DNA of 64,000 bases from Octopus vulgaris (lineage: Eukaryota). Each line of letters begins with the position of its first letter. Position 1 is the stretch's first letter. The stretch is from positions 53,754,001 through 53,818,000 of the forward strand of contig OX597815.1 in the NCBI GenBank assembly GCA_951406725.2. Reading direction: 5' to 3'. Positions 1 to 14,194 of this stretch are shown here, in pieces. The translations under genes and the position numbers were made by a program. Under the pieces are notes generated by a model. It was not told the DNA's origin, did no database searches, and saw only the letters and a program-made list of their open reading frames with translations.

Positions 1-292
1 CAACAGACATTATGACAGTGTCAATGCAGAAGTGCTTGATGCTTCTTCTCTTTTAATATCAATGGCGATTCCTTTATATTTTTTGTCAATTCATTTTCAT
101 TTTTTATTCTCCCCTCTCTCCTACATATGGGAACAGAATGTTGACAACGTGATGAATAGGAGTGAGGTCTTTGGAGAAACTCCGGACAATACATCTCCGT
201 CCCGCGGGATGAATTCTAAAGAATTACTCATCAAATTGAAAATCAAGTCAGCCGTTGTATTGTAATAAAAGATTATGAATGAATTAAGTTGG

Positions 293-664
293 TTCCATCC
301 ACGGTAGTGGCGGCGGCGGCAACGGTGGTGGATGGTAATAACGCTATGATGGTGTTGTTGTGGACGGTGCGTGTGGCGGCAGTTGATGTGGAGATGATAG
401 TTATTGTTATAATGGTATTGACGGTGAAGTAGGCGATGTTGCTGCTGGTGGTGGCGGTATTGATGGTGGTGATAGTAACTGTTGTGAGCATGGCGTCAGT
501 TATAGTGGAGCAGTTGATACTGCTGATGGCAGTGGTGGTGACATTGCCTGTGAGGATTGCGTTGGTGACGGTGGTGCTGGTATTTGTAGCAAAAGAGTTG
601 TTAGTGGTTTCGTAGCATTCGTACTAGTACAGGTAATTCTGGCAGTAATTATAGTGGTAGTGTT

Positions 665-700
<36 letters not shown>

Positions 701-744
701 CAACAGTAGTAGTGGTGGTAGCAGTGGTGGTGGCGGTGGTGGTG

Positions 745-802
<58 letters not shown>

Positions 803-960
803 CAGCAGCAGCAGAAGCAGCAGTAGTAGTTGGTAATACTGTGCAATGCTGGTGGTGCTTGCAGCCATGATGGAGCGATAATCCAGAAGCAGAAGTCGTC
901 GAGAAGGCGGCAGTGATGACGATATTGATGGCGATACCGTGAGGGTGACAGTCGAATCAG
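293..960. repeat. Low-complexity GGT/TAG/GCA trinucleotide region, pure (TAG)n/(TGG)n at about 665-835
   Basis: Repeats read directly; they explain the poly-L, poly-S and poly-Y ORFs. Confidence 0.9.
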
Positions 961-1024
961 TGATGATAGGGGAAGTTCAAGAAGTGACGGTAGAAACTAC
1001 AAAAACAAACAGAACTGAAACTGA

Positions 1025-1200
1025 TGGTTGTTGTTGTTCTTTAGGCCCTGGTCTTTGGCGAATGAGGAGGTGAGAAGGCTTGCTTAATACATACCTGAAA
1101 TCACAATCTTTTATAACTATGTAGGACTGCATTATTTAACGTGTTGCTGATATTTTAAACGGCAGTGCTATCCTATGAGGGGGATTTCGCTGCACTATTT
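1025..1200 (+). mobile_element. Degraded dispersed repeat (family C; probable old SINE)
   Basis: Motifs gttgttgtt..ggccctgg, taggactgcattat and gatttcgctgcactattt recur at about 2765-3005(-), 14008-14175(+), 17445-18500(-), 20312-20530(+) and 57960-58060(-). Confidence 0.55.
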
Positions 1201-1300
1201 CGTTGAGGGTCACTGATTTATGTGAAGAAGTGGAGAAGTTAGTGGTGCCGATAGCATGATAGCAGCAGTAGTGACGGCGCTAGATGAGGTGATAGTGACA

Positions 1301-1670
1301 GTGGTAAGAAGTTTGCTTCCCAAATACATCGTTCCGGGTTCAGACCCACTGCGTAGCACATTGGGCAATTGTCTTCTTCTGTAGCCTCGGGTCCATCTAA
1401 AGCCTTGCGTATGGGTTTGATAGAAGGAAAATGAAGAAACCCGCCGTATGTGTGTGTATGTGTGTCTCCGTATGTTCCTATTTGTTCCCCACCAGCGACT
1501 GACACCCTGTTTAGGTGTGTTTACGTCCCTGTAACGTAGCGGTTTGGCAAGAGAGACCGAAAGAACAAGTCGAAGGCTTAAATACAAGTGGCGGGGTCGA
1601 CTTGGTAAAATACTTCAAGATGGTGCTCCAACATGACTGAAACAAGTAAAAGATAAAAGATAAAAGATAG
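1301..1670 (+). mobile_element. tRNA-derived SINE family A
   Basis: A/B-box-like head (gtggtaag...gggttcagaccc), ttgggcaattgtcttc core, internal (TG)n, and tail ggtgctccaacatgactgaaacaagtaaaag; many copies in the window. Confidence 0.9.
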
Positions 1671-1684
1671 ACAGGCAGACAGAT

Positions 1685-1718
1685 TGATAAATAGATATAT
1701 AGATAGATATATAGATAT

Positions 1719-1773
<55 letters not shown>

Positions 1774-1845
1774 CATAGAGACTAAGAGAAAGAGACAGGC
1801 ACGAAGAAAGAGAGAGACAAGAGAGAGAGAGAGAGAGAGAGAGAA

Positions 1846-1898
<53 letters not shown>

Positions 1899-1905
1899 TC
1901 AGAGA
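1685..1905. repeat. (GATA)/(GA)n microsatellite
   Basis: Read directly. Confidence 0.95.
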
Positions 1906-2386
1906 CAGAAAAAAGAGAAAAAGATACGGAGAGGCAGACATAAATAGAACCGAATAGAACCGGTTGTATCTAAAACGTACTGGTTCTCTAAACACTTGCC
2001 TAAGAAATACAATCAGGCAGTTCTTTTTTTAATATATCGTGTTTTCAGAAGTTGACTTTCTATTAATTTTATCCTTGTATAGACTTAAACCACAAATAAT
2101 TTATGATTTACAGTATAGCTTCTCAAAGTAGGCGCTACCGCCCGCCACCCCCGATTGGCGCTGAGACGGTCCAAGTGGGTGCTGGTGCCTAAGGGGACAG
2201 TAGAGAAAAAGGAGGCGTTTGCAGGAAGGCAGTAGATTGGGGGAAGCTATGAATTTATTATAATATTATTATATTATTGTATACAAATTATGTAATATAT
2301 AAAATATTATACTAAATATCAAATGATTTATAGTATATACTTAAAAAATCCAAAGCTGTGAATAGTTTTCAGAACATTTATAAAGA

Positions 2387-2426
2387 GGTCTCACAGCTGT
2401 TTATATATCCCTTCATCACAGACGGT
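2387..2426 (-). ncRNA. Hammerhead remnant with stem II partly deleted, in an AT-rich pLTR-like segment
   Basis: Minus strand: gtct GTGATGA aggg atatat AAAC agct GT g agac. Stem I gtct/agac and palindromic stem III ACAGCTGT are present; the core is mutated. Confidence 0.4.
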
Positions 2427-2764
2427 GCGTGAAAATGTTTAAGTAATAGTTATTATAGAGAAGATATGAAATACAGAGTGAAGTGGAGGAACGAAAACAG
2501 ACGTGATATACGTAGACCGCCGATAGGAAATCCTCTACGCAGTCGGTGGATGTGTAAGAAATAGCGGCCACATCTCTTTTGAATCACACTCACTATTCTA
2601 AAACTTGGAAACAAACATTAGATAATTTAATACTAGGAAATTTTAAGAGAGAATGGTCTAGATGTGCATGCCTTTATCATATAGGTTACCTTGTACTGAT
2701 GTTGTTGGTATTAGTACCACCAATACCAACGACATCTGTAAAATTGTCATCACCAATAAGAACT

Positions 2765-3005
2765 CCTAAAACAGTTTACTGACCAAATGAACTATTCTGA
2801 GACATGGTTAACACGCTAGAAATAGCAACCAAATTCTCTCAGATCACACCATAACTACTTATAAAAGAGAAAGACTTATTCAATAATGGTTGCCTTAAAT
2901 ACATTATTGCTGAAAATGAAATGGGGCAGCATGGCGGTAACTTGTCTGGAAAGCCTTTGATCATAAATCTGCTCAATCAATATTGACCTAGAGTTAAAGA
3001 ACAAC
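2765..3005 (-). mobile_element. Family C dispersed repeat
   Basis: gctagaaatagcaaccaaattctctcagatcacacc...tttgatcataaatctgctcaatca...aacaacaac is the reverse complement of other copies. Confidence 0.6.
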
Positions 3006-4330
3006 AAAAATAACAATACTATACTCGATATAATCACAACAACAATAACAACGAGATTACTAGCCTCTCTACCACATCCGACATTATCAACATGAAACTA
3101 ACCATCACCATCACCACCACCACCACAACAACAACAACACCATCACCCCAGCATCAACAATAACAAAAACAACACCAACGTCAACGAAACAACAATGCAC
3201 CATCCACATTTCAATTGTCCACCACCATTATCATTAAGCCTTACGTTTCCTCTTTTTGTATTTCTGCTTCTCCATTTCCCACTCCTTCCTTCCTTCTTTC
3301 CTTTCTCCTCCTCTTCCTCCCTTTTCCTTTTTATTCGTTTTATCCTCCGTCATTTTCTTTTGACTTCTTCATCTTCCATTTTCTGTCTCCTCCTTCTGGT
3401 CCTCTCTTCCCGCTCCTATTTACAAATCCATCCAACTTCACGTCCATCGGCACATTTGCTCCACCACCACCATTACCGAAACCACACAAAAACGCATATA
3501 CTTCCCCGCGCGCGCGCGCATGCACACACATAATACTAACACACATGCGCACATTTAACCGCTCCCATCTATTCAATTTCTTTATAAGGCAAACACAATT
3601 TGTTCTCTCCGGGCGAAACGAGGATTTGCTCTAATTACATTTGAATTTAATCCACGAGAGGAGAACTTTTCACGGTGCAATCGAGCCAAATCAAGTCGAC
3701 TTCTTAAGACCTCATTCACACACACATCACACCAACCCATCACCATTAAAGCTCTTATTCTACCAGCCTACCACACCATACCACCTCACACAGCAACACA
3801 TCACATCACACCACACAACACCACAACTCTCTACACTAATCTCTTTCTCCCCTTCATATATCTACCTTCCTTTCTCTATTTATACCTCATGATCTCTCTC
3901 TGTCTCTGGCTGTCTGTCTCTCTCTCACACACACACAAACACTCACACTAGTGCTCGCAGTTTTACTCCCACTCACTAACTCTCCATGGCTCTCCCTCAT
4001 GTCTGATTGAGAGCGATTCGTAAAAACACGCTCATTTGAAATTAAGTTAGACCGAGTTGTCCGAGGGATTGAAAAGCTGGAGCCTTTTGTTGAAGAAGAG
4101 GGGTATCATGGTATAGTGACGTGTTGCAAAACAGGCGGTATGATTTGTGTGCAACGCTAATAGAATTATCAACAGACTATATCGAATTAAATGTCATCTT
4201 CTGGTGATACATTAAATATTTTAGACAGCAGCTGATCACCTGATCCACCACCTTCTCAAGACACTTAACTTTGCTCTAAGAACGAAAGTGGTTTTCAATT
4301 CCTCTTTATCGTTAAAGTGTATCACGCACC

Positions 4331-4332
<2 letters not shown>

Positions 4333-4361
<29 letters not shown>

Positions 4362-4572
4362 TGTATGTATGTATGTATGTATGTATGTATGTATGTATGT
4401 ATGTATGTATGTATGTATGTATGCATGCATGCATGCATGTATGCACGTATGTATGTATGTATGTATGTATGTATGTATGTATGTATGTATGTATGCATGT
4501 ATGTATGTATGCATGTAAGCATGTATGAATGTATGTATGTATATGAACATATATTTGTAAATATGTGTGTGA

Positions 4573-4613
<41 letters not shown>

Positions 4614-4830
4614 AGTGTGTATACGTATATCATATATCTGATAAATACGCATACACATGTGTATAAACACATACATATTTGCAACTGCATATACACATGT
4701 ACATATATATACATATATATATATTTATGTGTGTGTGTGTGCATGTGTGTGTATACATGTGTAAATATGTACGTATTTATGTGTGTGTATGTATGTATAT
4801 ATGTATGCATGTATGTTTGTGTATATGTTA
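4333..4830. repeat. Compound (ATGT)n/(TA)n/(TG)n microsatellite
   Basis: Read directly. Similar tracts at about 5385-5865, 6330-6475, 6735-7045, 16940-17120, 37490-37785, 41950-42055, 46212-46302 and 51555-51665. Confidence 0.95.
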
Positions 4831-5381
4831 ATAGCTTCGGTATGAGACTTTTTATGCGTTTGAATTGTTTTATGATATTTGTATTTATTTCTGTTCTTGT
4901 TTTTCTGATTTTGCAACCGTTGTTATTTTGTGCGCTGTTGTTGTTGTTTTTGTAGTAGTTGTTTATTATTCTAGTTGTTGCTGTTGTTGTTGTTGTCCTT
5001 TAGGATTGATACTGAAGTAGTAGGGATTTTATTGATGTCTGCTTCATTCTACCAAGTGTTGCGTTGGGGATACTTAAGTGTATGTCTGTGTTAATAAATG
5101 TTTATGTGTGTAAGTATATACATGTTGTGTGTGAGTGTGTGTGTGAGTGTGTGTGTGAGTTAGTATGTGTGCATCTTACACAAAAGACAGAATGATAATG
5201 AGAGATAAAGAAAGAGGAAAAGGGAGAGTGGGAGAGAAGAAATGAGATGAAATTCAATAGGGGAAAGACAAATTGTTAAGTTTGTATTTCCCTATTTGCT
5301 AATAAAAGTGTGTTAGCTTCAATGTACGTTTGTGTCTATGTATGGTACTTGTATAAAAAGTGTCAATAAGAAAGCGAGAGC

Positions 5382-5423
<42 letters not shown>

Positions 5424-5798
5424 AAGGAAGAGAAAGAGAGGGAGAGGGAGAGAGAGAAACATGTCAACATGTATGCGATTTGCATATGTGCCGATTTTAG
5501 GATTGCAGCTTGCAAGTTTGTGTACAGAGTATTTAACTACATAGACACACACACACACACACATACACACACATACACGCACACACGCACATGTTCGTAC
5601 ATACATACCTACATACATATATACAAACATACATACACAAACACACACATAAGTATATATATAAGTATATACATATACACACATATATACACATATATGT
5701 ATGTATGTATATATATATGTATATATGTATGTATTTATGCATGTACGTATATATGTTAATACATTTATACATAAACCCACAAACATTATATGTATGTG

Positions 5799-5867
<69 letters not shown>

Positions 5868-6160
5868 ATAAAACCAGCACAAGACAGAAACAAAATAATT
5901 GTGACGTCACTCAAGTACCTAAAACCATCTTCTGTGAAAGTTCGCTTTTAAAGTTGTCAACCGCTCTTAAATGGCAGGATGTTATTAATTCCTCAAATGT
6001 GCAGCTAATCGTTTAGCCAACATAATAATGATAATATTATTGTTATAGTAGTAGTAGTAATGGCGGTGGTGGTGGTGATGGTTGTGATGGCAGTAATGAT
6101 AGTAGTTATAGTGGTGGTGATATTATTATTATTATTATTATTTTTTTTTTTTTTTTTTTA

Positions 6161-6195
<35 letters not shown>

Positions 6196-6232
6196 CATTA
6201 TTATTATTATCATCATCATCATTATAATTGTT

Positions 6233-6331
6233 CTTATTTCATCCTTTCGAGGTCGAAAAATTAAGTACCAGTGAATCACTGGGGTTGATGTAATCGACTG
6301 GTCTCCTCCCCCAAAATTTTCAGGCCTTGTG
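6233..6331 (+). mobile_element. SINE family B, 3' fragment
   Basis: tttcatcctttcgaggtcgaaaaattaagtaccag...ccccaaaattttcaggccttgtgc. Confidence 0.8.
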
Positions 6332-6332
6332 C

Positions 6333-6473
<141 letters not shown>

Positions 6474-6894
6474 TGCTATTGTCGTTCTTTGTTATTGCTG
6501 TTGGTGATGGGTATGCTGGAAGGAGAGAAATAAGACGTCTGCTGACACGGATAAATGGGAGGGTCAGGGAGCATTCTAGTCAAATATATTCAAAGGACAA
6601 ATGCAATACAGTATTTAAACAAAGCAAAATCATGGTAAATTATTATAGTTTGATTCGGATATAGCTGTGAAAACAACCGATCTGTCAGAATAGCTCCAAA
6701 TACGTAAATACTCATACCTGCCTGCACACACTTACGTATGTATGTATGTATGTATGTATGTATGTATGTATGTATGTATGTATGTATGTATGTATGTATG
6801 TATGTATGTATGTATGTATGTATGTATCTAAATATCTATCTATCTATTTATCTATAGATAGATAGAGAGACAGGCAGACACATACATACATGAA

Positions 6895-6926
<32 letters not shown>

Positions 6927-7154
6927 ATATATATATATATACATACATACATAGATATATACATACATACATACATAGATATATACATACATCCATCCAT
7001 CCATACATACATACATAATGCATACATGTACATATGCATATACATGTTTGTGTGCTTGTATAAGTGTTTTTGGTATATAAATTTTTTTATGTCATGTTAA
7101 TTTACTTAATACTTTTTAGCAGAGTACTTTATTAAACTCTTAAAGGTTGATTAT

Positions 7155-7196
7155 CAGTGACGTCAAAGTTTCAGTTTATTTACCTTCATCAGACTG
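7155..7196 (-). ncRNA. Minimal type I hammerhead ribozyme, near-intact
   Basis: Minus strand: cagt CTGATGA a ggt-aaataa-act GAAAC tttgac GTC actg. Stem I cagt/actg, GUC cleavage triplet. Confidence 0.7.
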
Positions 7197-7265
7197 TTCG
7201 ATGTAGGCAAGCAAACCGAAACACTGGAACCATTTCCAACTTTCCCTTGGTAACACACACGCACA

Positions 7266-7351
<86 letters not shown>

Positions 7352-7366
7352 TGTGAATTTTGTGAA

Positions 7367-7545
7367 TTAAGAAATGTGGGGATTTGGATATGTTGCTTCC
7401 AACACAAGGGGCATGCCTGTTTTAGCAACCAACCTTGTTCCATTGCAGAGTCTGGGTGTACCAAGGTTTCTTAATAGCATTATGGGAGCACCTGTTTTCA
7501 TGATCAGAATGTGTGGTGGAAATCCTGGTGGCTGAAGTGAATTAA
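7367..7545 (-). pseudogene. Helitron Pif1-family helicase fragment
   Basis: [39 protein letters not shown] matches the Helitron helicase motif P.H.L.LK.G.P.MLLRNL....LCNGTRL. Confidence 0.9.
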
Positions 7546-7546
7546 A

Positions 7547-7760
7547 CAATAATAATAATAATAATAACAACAACAACAACGTCGAAAAATAATTTAGGAA
7601 TGAGAACCCAGGTTCGAAATTTCCCCAAGACACCCGATGAAGGCTGGACGGTATATCATCCGAAAGGTTGTGTTAACAACAAACAAGATGAGGACAAATA
7701 TCCGTCAATTGTAAATAATGTAAATAATGTACATAATTGCTCATCTCTTAAACATAGAAC
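7547..7760 (+). mobile_element. Penelope-like pLTR fragment with a mutated hammerhead (7629-7674), inserted in the Helitron
   Basis: gacac CCGATGA a ggctg...catcc GAAA gGTT gtgtt; the segment separates the Helitron N-terminal and helicase pieces. Confidence 0.6.
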
Positions 7761-7831
7761 AGTACTTCTTTGCTTTACAATGTATGCACTCAGTTGTCAT
7801 TGCACCAATGGAAACTCTGCTTAATGAACTG

Positions 7832-8077
7832 CTAGATCATAACTGGAAGCTGCTTCATAGAAGTTGCTCCTCTTCGTTCTGCAGTGGAAATCCTATTTCT
7901 TGTCAGTTGTGCATACATTTGTTCATCACTTTGAGATACTCTGACTTTTGTAGTGCATAGTCTGTTCGTTTCTTGGCGTGCTTCCCTTTCTGCAGCTATC
8001 TTTCTTTCCCTGGACAGAGACATTCTTTTGGCTGACCTTGATAGTGTTGGCAAATTTGACGCTTTCCTTCTAGGCAT
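7832..8077 (-). pseudogene. Helitron RepHel N-terminal R/E-rich segment
   Basis: MPRRKASNL...AEREARQETNRL...QSDEQ, typical of the charged N-terminal repeats of Helitron Rep proteins. Confidence 0.6.
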
Positions 8078-8468
8078 GGTTATATACGTATACAGAAATA
8101 CAGGAGTGCAGAAGATAGTAAACAATGAAAATAATTTGGTAACGGAAATTATGTTTCTTAATACGACAGGCAGAAAGTAAATACAATACTTTATTTTCAG
8201 AAAATAAAGTATTGTATGTGTTGAAGCGAAATTTGTCACTCAGTGAACCAAAGGGCCAGTATCGAAGGAACCAGGAAAAAAAACCGCCAGAAAAACATAA
8301 AACCGTACAGAGTACAGTGAAATTTATAAAGATGCTTCTGTCAGTAAATTATGAAATTACTTACATAAGTGATTGTGAACTCCTTTCTGTCAGTAATTTG
8401 CCGTTGTTTGTTTGTAAAAAGCTATTGAAAACTTAAACTTACAGTGAAAACAATAGAGAGTGAGTGGG

Positions 8469-8517
<49 letters not shown>

Positions 8518-8799
8518 AACAGAAAGAGAGCTTGCTAGTAAGACAGACAAATAACAGAAATATAGATAGAGAGCTATAGATAGATAACATATAGACAGAT
8601 AGATACGGAGAGATAGATATAGAGATAGAGAGATAGCGATAGAGATATAGTTATAGAGAGAGAGATATGTTACAGAGAGAAAGATAGAGAGAGACTGATG
8701 GATAGAGAGATATACATAAAGAGATATGCTACGTCACTGACGTTAGAAAACTGGAAGTAAATATTTAAAAAACTTTCAAAGATGTGAATATAGTATAGA

Positions 8800-9923
8800 A
8801 GGCAATATTTTTTAGTTTTAATTTTAAAAAATCAAATGAACAGCCTAATATTTGTCCGGGGTAAAATTATTCTTGCATCACAAGTATGGAAGCAATTTAT
8901 GAAGCCGTTTCGCGTGAAAAGTGTATACGCACACATCACTATTTATATCATGGTTTGTGTTTTTAATTTCGCACATGCGCATTTTTTGTTTTTGGTTTTG
9001 TCGACTGCACAGTATAGTAGGGTCATTTGGGCACCGTCTGTAAGAAAAACAGCACCATAATGCGATGATGCAATGATGAAGCGCGATTAAACCAACTTTT
9101 GCTCGAAATTTCTCGTCAAACGACAAGGGAACTGGCAGAGAAAATGGAATGCTCCCACACTGCTATATAGAAGCATCTTCACTCGATGTGAAAGTTTCAG
9201 AAGTATGGAGCACGGGTTCCGCTTGCTTTAAGTGACAACAACAAAAATCAACGAGCCACAATCTCCACTGCTTTGCTTGCTCGTCACCACTCAACTCATG
9301 GACACAAGCAACGATTTCTTTACTGACAACGAAAAATGATACCTGTACATCAATATGAAGCATTGTAAAACAAGATCGTCATCTGCTTAAAACGATGTCG
9401 TGCGTATGGTGGGAAGGGATTATCCATTACTAATTCCTTGAACGGAACCAAACGGTCAACGCGGAACTCTATGTTCAATAGATGGAACGACTCAACACGG
9501 CTATTCAAGAGAAAAGACTTAATCGGCAGCATGGAGTTCTTTTGCTGCACGATAACGCCCGCCCTCACATCACCAATATGACCTAGGAAGCTATTCAAAC
9601 GCATAGCTGGGAAGTGCTGCCACACCCGCCGTACTCTCCTGATTTGGCACCAACTGATTTCTACCTCTTCCGATCTCTTTCAATTGCTATGCACGGAGTT
9701 TCATTCAAAACTGATGCAGAATTGAGAGCTTGGTTGGATCAATTTTTTTTGTCAAAATCGGGTGATTTCTACCAATGAGATATTGAAAATCTTGTTGAAC
9801 GTTCGGAAGAAGTTGTAAACAACAATGGTGAATACATTATTGATTAATTAGTTGTTATTTTTATTAAACCTTTTAAAAAATTTAAAAGTTTAAAAAACGG
9901 CAGGAACTTAGTTGCCAACCCAA
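8800..9923 (+). mobile_element. Degraded mariner (DD34D) transposon; left TIR not found
   Basis: Peptides TTRELAEKMECSH, HDNARPH, WEVLPHPPYSPDLAPTDFYLFRSL; right TIR aaaacggcaggaacttagttgccaacccaa followed by TA. Confidence 0.88.
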
Positions 9924-9934
9924 TATATGTATAT

Positions 9935-9974
<40 letters not shown>

Positions 9975-10293
9975 ATATATATATATATATATATATGCGC
10001 ACGTGTGTATGTATTTATGTATGACCGTGTATGTATGTATGTATGTATGTATGTAAGTATGTATGTGTGTCTGTCTGTGTGTGTATGTCCTTGTGTGTAC
10101 GTGCGTATTTGTGTGTGTGCGTGTGTGTGAGTCTGTGCGTGTGTATGTGTGTGTGTGTGGTCATTTCCTGGATAGCTGAAGTAATCTCAGCTTTTGAAAG
10201 ACTACACGTCACTGTTTGGGAATGCAACAATATCAACATCATTAACAAGCTCCCCAAAGATCATACAGTATTTTAATTTAACTGGTAGATGTA

Positions 10294-10510
10294 AGACGGC
10301 AAGCTGGTCGAATGATTTGCATGCCGGTTAAATGCTTAGCGGCATTTCGTCCGTCTTTTCGTTCCGCTTTCAAATTCCTCCGAAGTCAACTTCGCCTTTC
10401 ATCTCGGAGTTGATAAAATAATAACAACTGACCATTGGTGTTGGTATAATCGTCTTTCCTCCCGAACTCCCCAATGAAATTGCTGGCCTTGCGCCAAGAT
10501 TTGAAACCAA
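10294..10510 (+). mobile_element. SINE family B
   Basis: gacggcaagctgg...aaatgcttagcggcatttcgtc...aaattgctggccttgcgccaagatttgaaacc. Confidence 0.85.
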
Positions 10511-10976
10511 TATAACTGCAAGACATTCATCGTTTTCAGTAGACACTTGTCATATCTAAAACAATTTTACACCACTTGTCTCCGCAAACTTTCAAATTGG
10601 ATGGAAAAACAATGTTCCAGATCAGAATTGTTTCAATCGATAAGCTTCAGTATATACTTCGTTGCAATAGTTCCAAGTTCACTATATCGGTCATATCTAC
10701 TGTATTCAAAATAGATGCATACCCATGCAACGCCTCTAATTTGAGATTGCCACTAGATAGAGAATGATTGGTGTGCAGAACAAGTGATATTGCAATTTAG
10801 TGAAAATAACACTGAGAGTTATGAGCATTCAAACGGAAACTTGGTAATATCTTGCTCAGAATAGAGCGCATGTTGCATCATCAACAAAGATGTAAAATAA
10901 TCACAAAAAAAGTTACATTCTGCCTGTCTATCTATCGATCCAACTTCCTTTCTCACTCTCTCTCACTTTATACATA

Positions 10977-11070
<94 letters not shown>

Positions 11071-11071
<1 letters not shown>

Positions 11072-11184
11072 GCGCAAGCGTAGGTGTATGGTAAGAAGCT
11101 TGCTTGCCAATTCCTACTGTGTAGCCTGAGGCCTACGATAGTCTTATGTGTCAATTTGCTAGATAGAAACTGAAAGAATCCCTC

Positions 11185-11190
<6 letters not shown>
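11071..11190 (+). mobile_element. SINE family A, degraded 5' part
   Basis: ggcgcaagcgtaggtgtatggtaagaagcttgctt...gaaactgaaagaatccctcgtata. Confidence 0.75.
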
Positions 11191-11234
<44 letters not shown>

Positions 11235-11257
11235 ATGTATGTATGTATGTATGTATG

Positions 11258-11293
<36 letters not shown>

Positions 11294-11553
11294 AACGTAT
11301 TTTATGTGTTTATATATATACCAAATATATACGTTTTATTCATTATTTTGCACATTACTTAATGATCGGTATATTATTTTTTATCTTATATTTAATATTT
11401 CTATTATATGTAATTTTCTAGATGGTGTAATTTATTTTTTCATTTTGAATTGATAAAAGGTGTTTTTTTCTAATTTATATTATATTTTGTGAAATTTGAT
11501 TTAGTATTTCTAAATTGAATTTTCCCCTGTAAGTTTGGAATAATATTCCCTCA

Positions 11554-11657
<104 letters not shown>

Positions 11658-13116
11658 CACATACCATTCGAACACAATGCATCCACAGTGCATATACAAG
11701 TGTTCACACATATATACAGGTTAAATCTAGTTGTATTACAGAAGCGTTTTTAAAAAAAAATTCTCCCTATCCCCTCGCTTTCAGCCCGTGTCTGTTATAT
11801 AGTAATTTTAGAGCCTTTTGGTGTCTTCTTCTAGCATGTTCGGTAGTTGCCCTTATAATAATTATATTTATAAAATTATATACTTTGTATTAATTTTTTA
11901 TCTAAATTGGTTTTTGCAAAAGTCACCCGTCAGTAAATCAGAATTCCATAAATACTTAATTTTCAATTTATTTGTTCATTCTAATTATGAATGTTTAATA
12001 ATTGAATGCTGTGAGTTAAAATCACCGGTTTTTTTTTCAGCATTTGTCTATTTATTAGTGAAGTATCATATAAAATAATTTTTTGGTTTAATTTTGGAAT
12101 TAAATGGTTTTGATTTACTCTCATGTGACTTTTGGCTAACCCTGCATATTTCATGTATGAAATATCTATTAGACACATGCAGAAATACACACGCACACTC
12201 CTCAGGCATGTTTATACATATATGTATATGTGTATATATATATATACGTGCGCGTATGTGTACACTTATGCATATATGTCATGCGTGTTTGTATATTTAC
12301 ATTGAAATAGGATCCAATGCATTTACATGTAAAAAGCCTGACTAATGCATTTGCCTAAAGCTCTACATATTTCGTCCACACATTCACACATATCCACACA
12401 CACGCTCTCACTATTAAACATTCACAAACAAACATAACATGCACAGCCAATGAATTGAAAGAGGAAATTTTTATCAGTCTTAAATAGTATCAAAGAGTCA
12501 ATATAGTAAGTTTACTAAAGTCAGCCACTGTAAGCGAATAATTATTTAAATCTTAAACAAGCCGACAGACGGCTGTGAACAAGTCATTGACAAAGTAAGA
12601 AAAAATCTCGGTGTTATGTTAAGAAGAAAAAAAACTAAAACAAATGATAAAATATTAATAAAAGCAATGAACATCGAACGCATCGGTGAAAGAAAAATAA
12701 CTATATATCAAAACAGATTGTTTGCAAGCGTCCGGATATTCATTGCTCTAACGAGTATAGAAATAGAAGGTTTTAAGTATAATTCTAAATGGCGTCTGAG
12801 CAAATATTATTCTCTAGTATTTTAGTTAGATGTTAGCAGACAATGAAAAGAAAACAAAAAAAAAAAAAACTTAGCAAACAAGCAGAAACCAAAACACAAT
12901 ACTTGGCTATCGCAAGCCATTTTCTGTCGTTTTTGTTCTCTGTTGTTATTTTATGTAATTTTATTTCTTCCATAGAAGACCAATGGAAGTGTGTCTCTTC
13001 ACGGGAGCAGAGTGTGGAAGCAAAGAAAATAAGGAAACAACTATTGGAGGATATGACCGTTGTTTTACAGATCCGCAAAACAAATGTTCCTCTAGAGAAC
13101 GGAATAACAATGAAGG

Positions 13117-13147
<31 letters not shown>

Positions 13148-13651
13148 AGCTGCGTTGAATTATTACTTAAAAATATGGAGGATACTAGCGATTTGAAGAG
13201 AGACAGGATGCACAGAATTATGTTAAATTAGGACTACAATAGTATTTCAAATTTCATCAGGAACAATAACAAGGCTAATGTATGACTGAAAGGCCAAATA
13301 ACAATAGTCATAGCTCTATTAGAACGGAAGGTGGAGAAAAAAAAATCGAAATACTGGTAACACTTGAAACAACAAGTAAATCTAGGAATAAAACAACAGG
13401 CATAATGTAATAATACTGGTGACAGGAGTCACAACAATAAGTGAGAGGGCAGTATTAACAATTGTGTGCTAAAATTGCATACAATGCTGTAATGAATACA
13501 ATAGAAATGCTAGAATTAATAGAATGGTTGTTATTTATGGTATCAATAAAAAATATCTTGTACCAACAGCATTATTAGACATCTTAACAATACTGTCGAA
13601 AATAGTACTCATTAATGGGTTGTTAACAAAAGTGAAAGTAATAATGGCTTT

Positions 13652-13855
13652 AAAACTTGGCACAAGGCCAGCAGTCTTTGAAGGGAGGGTGAGGTCGATT
13701 ACATCGAACCCAGTTCTCAACTGGTACTTACTTTATTCGCCCCGAAAGTATGAAAGGCAAATTCGATGAAATTTGAACCCAGAGCGTAAAACCGGAAGAA
13801 ACGCCACTATGAATTTTGTATGGCGTCTTAATAATTCTGCCAGCTCACTGCCTTA
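13652..13855 (-). mobile_element. SINE family B
   Basis: Reverse complement of the family B body (ggcacaaggccagca...tgccagctcactgcctt). Confidence 0.85.
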
Positions 13856-14194
13856 AAAGTGGGAGTAATAATACTAATGCTGTTAATAATCTACAGGAAA
13901 ATGAGCTTCTAGGAATACTATATCCAGACTAAATATCTGGGAAAGATTAGGATTCACACTTCTGTTTTGGCTCACCTCTAGAACTTTTCCTTGTGTTACT
14001 GGTATGGCAGTTGTTGTTCAGTCTCCAACGCTAATCGAGCGTACATGTGATAAAAGGCATTTTGTTATGACCATCCAGCTTTCATTTAATATTACATTGT
14101 TTTAAGTTTCTAAAATACTAAGGTTATTTGATTATAATTTCTAACGGATCGAATGACAACATAGAAGACCCCTGGTTGATCCTGTCAAAACGTA

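Larger units (their letters stand above)
7367..8799 (-). mobile_element. Internally deleted, 3'-truncated Helitron
   Basis: 5' terminus TCTATACTAT at 8799 on the minus strand; RepHel-like N-terminus and a Pif1 helicase fragment in the same orientation. Confidence 0.75.

Noticed and set aside
3500-4330. Unique, slightly CpG-richer stretch that might be a promoter or first exon
   Set aside because: No diagnostic core-promoter or coding signal.
5902-5909. CRE palindrome TGACGTCA (also at 7158)
   Set aside because: An 8-mer is expected by chance in 64 kb; the 7158 copy overlaps a hammerhead cleavage site.
12976-13130. Possible host exon after a pyrimidine-rich ...catag acceptor
   Set aside because: No recognisable protein motif, no clear donor and no partner exon; RNA-seq would be needed.
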